Shown here piece after piece: positions 57,497 to 64,000 of a DNA stretch of 64,000 nt (its first letter is position 1; the number at the start of each line of letters is the position of its first letter). The notes beneath the pieces are model-generated. The model saw only the letters and a list, made by a program, of their open reading frames with translations. It did not search any database and had not been told where the DNA came from. The position numbers and the translations under genes were made by a program. Source of the DNA: an uncultured cyanobacterium (GTDB lineage Bacteria > Cyanobacteriota > Cyanobacteriia > Pseudanabaenales > Pseudanabaenaceae); contig OY969811.1 of the NCBI GenBank assembly GCA_963703315.1, forward strand, positions 2,816,001-2,880,000, read 5' to 3'.

Positions 57497-57559
57497 TGTG
57501 GAAAACTAATGATTAACTGTGGAAAAAGTCGTAATATCTGTGGAAAACTCTGTGGAAAA
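57497..57559. promoter_or_regulatory. Cluster of four co-oriented DnaA-box-like 9-mers (TTTTCCACA on the minus strand)
   Basis: TGTGGAAAA at 57497, 57518, 57539 and 57551. Confidence 0.7.
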
Positions 57560-57632
57560 CTTTTAACTAGTTAATGACAAAATTATTTTTTTCTTAATAT
57601 TTACGACAACTTTTATAGATGTCGCCAAAAAA

Positions 57633-57719
57633 CAAGAAGAGAGTTGCGGCGCGAAGCGCCGCAACTCTCTTCTTGGATCTAAAGAAAAAGGGACAGCGTA
57701 ACGCTGTCCCTTTTTCTTT
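57633..57719. repeat. Two adjacent hairpins downstream of the nfeD-like gene
   Basis: caagaagagagttgcggcgc-gaa-gcgccgcaactctcttcttg and aaagaaaaagggacagcg-taa-cgctgtccctttttcttt. Confidence 0.85.
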
Positions 57720-58149
57720 ATTTTAGCCAATTTTCAGGCACGACAACTAAAGTCGTACCCTGTCGCCTGAGGATGATTACTCTTTGCTGGGCAGCGATCG
57801 CAAGATGGGGATCATCACAGATCGCCTTCCACGAAACACCTTCATGCTTAACCCGTCCTGCCTGTCCTGCGGGAATTTCGGTCAGCGTCACCGCTTGATC
57901 CCCTTCTCGCAGTTGCAGCGAATCTCTGGGAATAAAGCGCCGCGAAACTACAGCTAATATCCCTGAGATCAGCATCCAAACTAATATTTGCAAGGCGGGG
58001 ATCGGTAAAATCAAAGCGATCGCCGCCACCAAGAGAGCCGCGATCCCCATTGCTCCAGCAATCAAGAAAGTAGGCAATGGCACTAGCAACTCGATGACAC
58101 AGAGAGCAATGCCAATAATTAGCCAAACTTGACTAGGTAGTATATTCAT
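57718..58149 (-). CDS. NfeD-family membrane protein
   Basis: 'WLIIGIALCVIEL', 'GRVKHEGVSWKA' and 'VIILRRQGTTLVVVP'. Confidence 0.88.
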   Translation of the reverse strand: MNILPSQVWLIIGIALCVIELLVPLPTFLIAGAMGIAALLVAAIALILPIPALQILVWMLISGILAVVSRRFIPRDSLQLREGDQAVTLTEIPAGQAGRVKHEGVSWKAICDDPHLAIAAQQRVIILRRQGTTLVVVPENWLK

Positions 58150-59495
58150 GGAGCATTGGGCTTATCAGAATTGGGAAGCTCTGGTGTGGGAACAGTTTCT
58201 GATTTAACGATTTCTGATTTAACGATCGTTGTGCTTGGAGTGGGGCTATTGATTTTTACTTTTTCGGAGTCAAGGGATTTTTCACGTTTAGGAGCATCAT
58301 CGGTCGTGGGTTTGATCACTTTATTGCGAGCAATTTCCGTATTTGTCGGTAATTTCGGGCGATCGCTGGCTGTGGCTGGCTCACTAGGCTGAGCATTGTT
58401 AGCTGTTGGCGCAATGTCCAAATTAGGGGCTGTGGACAGCAAACCACCTAAGCCATTGATTAAATTGCGAATATTGCTCCGCAATTTGGGATCGCCTGTT
58501 AGTTCATCAAGATCAGCAGTAATTTTCTTGGCATTAGCAAAAGTGGCTCGCGCCGAGTCAAGGGTTTCGCGTAATGAGGCGATCGTGGTGGGATCATTTA
58601 GTTCGCCTGAGACTTTGCGAAGATTGGCTGAGGTAATCGCAGCATTTTCGGCAAGTTGCTGCAAATTGGCGATCAGCTTACCGTCATTTAGCAATGGCTT
58701 GGCACTAGCAAGGAGCGATCGCGCTTCCCTAGATGTCGCGGCAATGCCATCAAGAGTTTGCGCCAGTTTTTCACGATTAACTTCAATCAAGTCTTGGGCG
58801 CTATTTGCCACGCTACCAACTTTATTCGCCGCACCACTAATTGCATCCGCAGTATCACCAAATTTAACCATTTGATTTTCAAATGTCCCCACAACTCGTG
58901 TTGCGGAATCCGTCAATTTCTGGATGCTTTTAGCTGTAGATTTTGCAGCGACTAACGTATCGTTGAGGTTATCAATTAAATTTTGATCATTGACTTTGCG
59001 TAGAGCAATACTCGTATCCTTGAGTAAAGCGATAAAGCTGACACCGCGTGTTCCTAAAATCTCTCCGCCTTGACAAACAATTAGCTGACTGTTGCAATCC
59101 TTCGCGAGAGGGTTGAGATTAGAGTCAAGTACCAGCTTTTCTGAAGGGGGGAAAATATCAATGTTGGTATTTCCCAGAAAACCGCCTTGGTTAGTTTCGG
59201 CAACGGAGTTTTTAGGAATGATCAAGTTGGGATTGGTAATCGAAACCTGAACTTCCACTTCTTCAGCTTTCGCACTAAGTGCGGTGACTCGCCCCACTTC
59301 CACACCACGAAACCTGACCAGTGAGCCAGTATTTAAGCCACTGGCATCGGGGACTTTAATCGTGAATGTAAATTTGGAACTATTTAGCTGTAACCCGCGT
59401 AGCCATAGCAATGCACCGCTAAAAGCCACTACTCCACAGATGATAAATAAGCCAAGCGCACCGTCTCGTAATGTTTTTCGCTGCACGAGCCTCAT
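58146..59495 (-). CDS. MlaD/MCE-family (Ycf22/TGD2-like) lipid transport protein
   Basis: 'DASGLNTGSLVRFRGVEVGRV' and 'NQGGFLGNTNIDIFP'; helical C-terminus. Confidence 0.9.
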   Translation of the reverse strand: MRLVQRKTLRDGALGLFIICGVVAFSGALLWLRGLQLNSSKFTFTIKVPDASGLNTGSLVRFRGVEVGRVTALSAKAEEVEVQVSITNPNLIIPKNSVAETNQGGFLGNTNIDIFPPSEKLVLDSNLNPLAKDCNSQLIVCQGGEILGTRGVSFIALLKDTSIALRKVNDQNLIDNLNDTLVAAKSTAKSIQKLTDSATRVVGTFENQMVKFGDTADAISGAANKVGSVANSAQDLIEVNREKLAQTLDGIAATSREARSLLASAKPLLNDGKLIANLQQLAENAAITSANLRKVSGELNDPTTIASLRETLDSARATFANAKKITADLDELTGDPKLRSNIRNLINGLGGLLSTAPNLDIAPTANNAQPSEPATASDRPKLPTNTEIARNKVIKPTTDDAPKREKSLDSEKVKINSPTPSTTIVKSEIVKSETVPTPELPNSDKPNAP

Positions 59496-60322
59496 ACCTC
59501 CCTAGTCAAAAGTTGAATCGGACCTTCAGTACTGCCACTAAAAAATTGCCTAACATACGGATTGTCAGCCGTATCAATTGTACTCACGTTTCCTGCATAG
59601 CGCACTGATCCACGATAAAGCACAATTAAGCGATCGGCAGTACGGCGAATTGTACTGTCTTGGTGAGTGACGACAATATAACTATCGCAAACCTGTTGCT
59701 CTCGGAGCGATCGCATCAAGTCTTCAATAATTGTCGAAGCGACAGGATCGAGTCCTGCCGTGGGTTCATCATAGAGCAGCACTTTTTTAGTTTGCGATTT
59801 AGTTGTCGGATCATCCATAATCGCACGGGCAAAACTCACGCGCTTTCGCATTCCGCCTGATAGTTGACTAGGATAGCGATCGCTAATATTCTCTAGCCCC
59901 ACTAAGGCAAGTTTTTCTTCGACGAGCCGATGAATTTCGCGTCGTGATAATCGGGAATGCTCAAATAACGAAAAACCAACGTTTTCGGCAACTGTCAGCG
60001 AGTCAAACAGGGCAGCGTTTTGAAACACCATGCCAATGCTTAAGCCGTAGTTTGCCTCTTGGATATCTTCTGTCGAAACAAGGTTGCCATTGATATAAAC
60101 TTCCCCTTGTTCAGGCGCTAACAGTCCACAAATAAGCCGTAAAATCGTCGATTTACCTGTCCCAGAAGGTCCAATAATGGCGATCGCCTCACCCGTATGT
60201 ACGGTGAGATCAACGCCATTTAGCACCTTGTTTTCCCCAAAGCTTTTGTGAACCTCGCGCAGTTCTAGCAAAGGTGTAACCACGTTGCTACTATGTTTGA
60301 CTAGAGAGCTGGTTGGCTGCAT
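59492..60322 (-). CDS. MlaF/TGD3-like ABC ATP-binding protein
   Basis: 'GPSGTGKST', 'MVFQNAALFDSLTV.ENV', 'LSGGMRKRVSFARAI' and 'YDEPTAGLDP'. Confidence 0.92.
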   Translation of the reverse strand: MQPTSSLVKHSSNVVTPLLELREVHKSFGENKVLNGVDLTVHTGEAIAIIGPSGTGKSTILRLICGLLAPEQGEVYINGNLVSTEDIQEANYGLSIGMVFQNAALFDSLTVAENVGFSLFEHSRLSRREIHRLVEEKLALVGLENISDRYPSQLSGGMRKRVSFARAIMDDPTTKSQTKKVLLYDEPTAGLDPVASTIIEDLMRSLREQQVCDSYIVVTHQDSTIRRTADRLIVLYRGSVRYAGNVSTIDTADNPYVRQFFSGSTEGPIQLLTREV

Positions 60323-60408
60323 CGGTATTTATTGCTGATTGAAAAAATCTCTCTACCAAAAACTAACATTTTTTGAGAAAAGTTTCTCAAAAAATAATGT
60401 ATAGCTTT

Positions 60409-60580
60409 TATAGCTAGTTATGTTAGGACAAAACCAAAACCCAAAAGAGAGTTGCGGCGCTTTGCGCCGCAACTCTCTTTTGGGTTTTATGTCTTCTTGA
60501 AAAGCGTTATATAGCCATAGCCAGTCTTATTAGGGTAAAAAATCAAAAAACAAGTGGCGGCGCTTCGCGCCGCCACTTGT
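60409..60580. repeat. Cluster of TATAGC-ended arms and GCGGCGC hairpins
   Basis: aaaacccaaaagagagttgcggcgc-ttt-gcgccgcaactctcttttgggtttt and acaagtggcggcgc-ttc-gcgccgccacttgt. Confidence 0.8.
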
Positions 60581-60600
60581 GATCAATGCCAATCTTGCGA

Positions 60601-61146
60601 TTATTTACCAACAAAAGATACTGTTAGGCTATCTGAAGCAAGGAAATGATCGAGGTGATAAGCCCTTTCTTCAGTTTTTAAAAGAATCGTTTCATAAAGA
60701 TAGCGGGTGGCGCGATCGCCTAAACTTTCAGCTTGAGCGGCTTGACGGCGCAATAGTTGAATAACCGCTTGTTCGGCGGTGAGATCATGCTCAACAGTTT
60801 TGCGATTGTCATAAGCGCCATCCAATTCTGATTCGATGACAGACAATTCGGCTAACTTGGCAAAACTAGCGACAGGAATCCCCCCAAGCCCGTTTAGACG
60901 TTCGCCAAGCTCATGAACATGACTCTGTACAGCTTTGAGACTATCTTCAAAAAACTGATGTAGCGAATAAAACTCAGCACCATCAACCACAAAGTGATGC
61001 TTTTGATATTGTAAGTACAGGGCTTGAAAGCTAGCTAAAGTGACGTTCAAGCCTTCAACTACAGGTGTTGTCACACTTTTGTCGAGCAGTACTGGATTGT
61101 CGGCAACTTCACCAAACGCACGAACTAGTCCTTGAATTGTGGACAT
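60601..61146 (-). CDS. dps: Dps family DNA-binding ferritin-like protein
   Basis: '[25 protein letters not shown]...[14 protein letters not shown]' and '[12 protein letters not shown]'. Confidence 0.93.
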   Translation of the reverse strand: MSTIQGLVRAFGEVADNPVLLDKSVTTPVVEGLNVTLASFQALYLQYQKHHFVVDGAEFYSLHQFFEDSLKAVQSHVHELGERLNGLGGIPVASFAKLAELSVIESELDGAYDNRKTVEHDLTAEQAVIQLLRRQAAQAESLGDRATRYLYETILLKTEERAYHLDHFLASDSLTVSFVGK

Positions 61147-61198
61147 AATTTGAGTTTCCTTTTTTGACTAGAGATCTGGGAGCAAAATTGAAATTAGT

Positions 61199-61213
61199 TG
61201 CGAATAATTCGCA
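61199..61213. promoter_or_regulatory. Perfect 7-1-7 palindrome, Fur/PerR-family-like operator
   Basis: TGCGAAT-A-ATTCGCA between dps and the divergent genes; a degenerate copy (TGCAAGT-T-ATTAGCA) lies at about 61250. Confidence 0.55.
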
Positions 61214-61296
61214 TTTATATAGTAACCTTAAAATTACAATAATACTTATTGCAAGTTATTAGCATTATTTAGTTAGCCCTAAATCGCATTCTAAAG

Positions 61297-61551
61297 ATGA
61301 ATCCCACTAATTATTCACTGATCATAAATCAAGCGATCGCCATTAATGGCACTGAAAGATGGGACATTTACCATCGGTTACAAGAGTTAGAGATTCCCTG
61401 CCAATGCTTGACGAATCAACCTTTGACCGTTGAGATTGCTAGTCCTAATCATTTACTTCAAGTTTGGAGTGTGATTAGGCGAACTAATGCTTCCCGCCAT
61501 GATTTACTCCAAATTTTAGATAAATGTTGGCAAATAGCATCTGAGAATTAA
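61297..61551 (+). CDS. Asr1405/Asl0597-family small protein
   Basis: 'RWDIYHRLQELEIPCQC.TNQPL.VEI.SP...LQVWSV.RR..ASR..L...L..CW'. Confidence 0.8.
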   Translation: MNPTNYSLIINQAIAINGTERWDIYHRLQELEIPCQCLTNQPLTVEIASPNHLLQVWSVIRRTNASRHDLLQILDKCWQIASEN

Positions 61552-61583
61552 ATTCATCTAGGTATAAAATCTGGGTAGTAGTT

Positions 61584-62174
61584 ATGTCAAAATTATTGAC
61601 TCAAATGACAGATTTTCAGGTTGTAGCTCAATTTCTGGGAACGATCCTCAAAGATGGATATAGGGTCAAGTATCTGAGAGTAGCGATCGCAGATCAGGAG
61701 TATTGGATAAAATTGCCCAAAACCTTAAGTCAGAGTTTTGACCAGAATTTAATCATTGGTTCTTGGCTAGAGATTAGGGGTACTCAAACTCTGGATCGCA
61801 AAAAAGGCATTCTTAAGCTAGAAGCATCAGCCTTTAGCATTACTAATGCTCCTCATGCTGCATCACTGCCAGTGTCTAATGCTCCACAAACTGCGATCGC
61901 CAAGCAAAAAAACAAGCCATCTTGTATTTTGATCTGTCAAAAATCAGATTGTTGGGAAAGGGGGGGCAAAGAAATTTATCAGCGTTTGCAAGAGACTTTA
62001 GGCGATCGCGGCTTGAGTGATCTTGTGCAGCTTCAAAAAACGGGCTGTCAAAAGCAATGTAAAAAAGCCCCCAATTTAGTAGTGAGGCCCCAAAAAGATC
62101 GGCATAGTCACGTCAAGCTTACACAGGTTGATAGCTTAGTAAATCGATATTTTGGCGAAGAAATTTCTATATAG
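61584..62174 (+). CDS. Thioredoxin-like (2Fe-2S) ferredoxin domain protein
   Basis: 'ILICQKSDCWERGG' and 'TGCQKQCKKAPNLVV.P'. Confidence 0.85.
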   Translation: MSKLLTQMTDFQVVAQFLGTILKDGYRVKYLRVAIADQEYWIKLPKTLSQSFDQNLIIGSWLEIRGTQTLDRKKGILKLEASAFSITNAPHAASLPVSNAPQTAIAKQKNKPSCILICQKSDCWERGGKEIYQRLQETLGDRGLSDLVQLQKTGCQKQCKKAPNLVVRPQKDRHSHVKLTQVDSLVNRYFGEEISI

Positions 62175-62191
62175 CGATCGCCAGCAAAGCG

Positions 62192-62258
62192 CAAAACCTA
62201 GTATCAAAAATAAGAGGTAGCGCAAAGCACTACCTCTTATTTTTAATACTAGGTTTTG
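62192..62258. terminator. Long imperfect hairpin between convergent genes
   Basis: caaaacctagtatcaaaaataagaggtag...ctacctcttatttttaatactaggttttg. Confidence 0.7.
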
Positions 62259-62270
62259 ATACTAGAGCAT

Positions 62271-63089
62271 TTAACCAAATCTGCCGCTAATGTATTCCTC
62301 AGTGGCAACTTGCTTAGGACTACTGAAAATAACTGAGGTGCGATCGATTTCTACCAATTTACCTGTGCGCTTACCAGTCTCACTGAGTTCTGTATTAAAG
62401 AAGGCAGTCATGTCAGCAGATCGCGATGCTTGCTGCATATTGTGAGTCACAATTACCAGTGTAAACTTCTGCTTTAACTCTTGCATTAATTCTTCAATAC
62501 GCAGAGTTGAGATTGGGTCAAGTGCCGAGCAAGGCTCATCCATCAAGATTACCTGTGGCTCAACGGCGATCGCTCTGGCAATACAAAGACGCTGTTGTTG
62601 ACCACCAGACAGAGCTAAACCGCTCTCATTAAGCTTGTCCTTGACTTCATCCCATATTGCGGCTGATCGCAATGATTTTTCGACCAAATCAGCCATATCC
62701 GTTTTAGAACCCTTAAATCCATTAATTCGAGGACCAAAGGCAATATTTTCATAGATTGACTTTGGGAAAGGGTTAGGACGTTGAAATACCATCCCAATAT
62801 GACGACGTACTGCTACAGGATCAATCGTAGGATCGTAAAGATTATGTCCGTTAAAAGTGATCGAGCCTCTAACTTTTGCGCCTTCAATTAGATCGTTAAG
62901 ACGATTAAAACATCTTAGAATCGTACTTTTACCGCATCCTGAGGGACCAATAAAAGCAGTGATTTGATTTTTAAATATCTCTAAGTTAACTCCTGCTACC
63001 GCGGGGGAGTTGGAGCTATAAAAAACATTTACGTCCTCAACCTTCAGAATTGCCTGATTCTCAGAAGACATGGCATTGCTTAAGTTCAT
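62271..63089 (-). CDS. pstB: Phosphate ABC transporter ATP-binding protein
   Basis: '[20 protein letters not shown]', '[17 protein letters not shown]' and '[13 protein letters not shown]'; C-terminus 'YISGRFG'. Confidence 0.97.
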   Translation of the reverse strand: MNLSNAMSSENQAILKVEDVNVFYSSNSPAVAGVNLEIFKNQITAFIGPSGCGKSTILRCFNRLNDLIEGAKVRGSITFNGHNLYDPTIDPVAVRRHIGMVFQRPNPFPKSIYENIAFGPRINGFKGSKTDMADLVEKSLRSAAIWDEVKDKLNESGLALSGGQQQRLCIARAIAVEPQVILMDEPCSALDPISTLRIEELMQELKQKFTLVIVTHNMQQASRSADMTAFFNTELSETGKRTGKLVEIDRTSVIFSSPKQVATEEYISGRFG

Positions 63090-63137
63090 GGTAAGACCCC
63101 AAATTCGTAATTATTATCTTTCATAAAATACTCTGAA

Positions 63138-64000
63138 TTACTTTGCCCGACTGCGTAAAAAGATAGCGATTAAGTTCATCCCTAAAACCAGCAGCAAAAG
63201 TACAACAATTCCAGCCGAGGCTAATGTTTGAAACTCTAGTTTTGGATCGCCAACCCATTCATATATTTGGTATGGCAAAACTGAGAAGAAATTATCGTTT
63301 GACCATAATGTATCGGTAAATACATCTCCTAGTTTACCACTGAACAAAGCTCCAAAGTTGATAGGAGAAGCTTTTGGGTCAAATAGAACCGTACCAGCAC
63401 CAAGTACGACAATGGGTGCAGTTTCCCCAATCCCTCTGGAAGTGGAGATAATTACCGCAGTCAAAATCCCTGGTAGCGCCGCAGGTAAAACATGATGACG
63501 AATTGTCTGCCATTTGGTTGCTCCAACTCCGTAGGAAGCTTGGCGAATAGATTGAGGAACGGCTCGGATTGCTTCTCTAGAAATCACAATAACTGGCGGT
63601 AAAATCAGTAATGTAATTGTCAAAATCCCTGTAACTAAGACAGCCCTACCGCTATACATACCACGTACAAATAGCCCTAGTCCTAACAAACCATAGATGA
63701 TTGAAGGAATACCAGCCAAGTTATAAATATTTAGCTCAATTAGCTCCGAAAACCAATTTTTCTTAGCATATTCTTCCAAGTAAATGGCTGAGCAAACTCC
63801 CAGTGGAATTACCAAGACTAGTACATAAGCAAGCATCCAAACTGATCCCCAAATTGCCGCTTTGTATCCAGACTCTAGTGGACGGCGAGATGGATATAGT
63901 TGGAATAAATCCCAGTTAAGACGGGGAGCAGCATCGCTTATAACGTCATAAATTAAGAAGGCAAGGATAATTAGTCCAAGGGATGTCGCAAATATGCAGA
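63138..64000 (-). CDS. pstA: Phosphate ABC transporter permease PstA, 5' end outside the window
   Basis: 'AIYLEEYA', 'NLAGIPSIIYGLLGL' and 'SRGIGETAP'; frame is open to the window edge. Confidence 0.93.
   Translation of the reverse strand, partial: CIFATSLGLIILAFLIYDVISDAAPRLNWDLFQLYPSRRPLESGYKAAIWGSVWMLAYVLVLVIPLGVCSAIYLEEYAKKNWFSELIELNIYNLAGIPSIIYGLLGLGLFVRGMYSGRAVLVTGILTITLLILPPVIVISREAIRAVPQSIRQASYGVGATKWQTIRHHVLPAALPGILTAVIISTSRGIGETAPIVVLGAGTVLFDPKASPINFGALFSGKLGDVFTDTLWSNDNFFSVLPYQIYEWVGDPKLEFQTLASAGIVVLLLLVLGMNLIAIFLRSRAK

Noticed and set aside
57300..57620. Calling this region oriC
   Set aside because: Only four boxes, no dnaA/dnaN neighbour, and no skew data available. Reported as a DnaA-box cluster only.
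470..62797. Numerous 60-160 aa ORFs overlapping long genes on the opposite strand or in alternate frames
   Set aside because: No recognisable motifs; explained as shadow ORFs.
1..64000. Very frequent GCGATCGC octamers
   Set aside because: This is HIP1, a known genome-wide cyanobacterial feature. Used only as a taxonomic and ancestry marker.
1..64000. tRNA, rRNA, riboswitch or transposase genes
   Set aside because: None recognised by eye. A tRNAscan/Infernal run would be needed to exclude small RNAs in the long gaps (27203-27450, 49353-49637, 57211-57490).

Overview
A 64 kb window of cyanobacterial chromosome. Cyanobacterial origin is supported by very frequent HIP1 octamers (GCGATCGC) and by hli, raf1, cupB and cphB genes. 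Pseudanabaena is an inference from the repeat style. Most genes are housekeeping or signalling: porin, ABC transporters, arfB, carA, trmB, mtnA, proB, protoporphyrinogen oxidase, dps, pstAB, two Ser/Thr kinases and an adenylate cyclase. Main observations: (1) a defence island at 15.5-20.5 kb, where a Type IIG/ISP-like restriction-modification gene is split at its MTase/specificity-domain boundary by a DUF6883-DUF4926-like gene pair and followed by intact and broken toxin-antitoxin modules; (2) an HTH fused to an apparently catalytically dead acetate-kinase half, seemingly starting at ATT, convergent with a GAF-LuxR regulator; (3) a dense system of non-coding hairpins and MITE-like elements with compensatory covariation, plus one small element inserted in frame into a kinase with a 7-bp target duplication; (4) candidate regulatory DNA: a perfect CRP box in a cyclase/HD/phosphodiesterase cluster, four phased DnaA boxes, tandem ECF-type promoters, and NtcA, Zur and Fur-like boxes. 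No rRNA, tRNA, CRISPR array or transposase gene was recognised. All family calls come from motif recognition by eye, not database searches.
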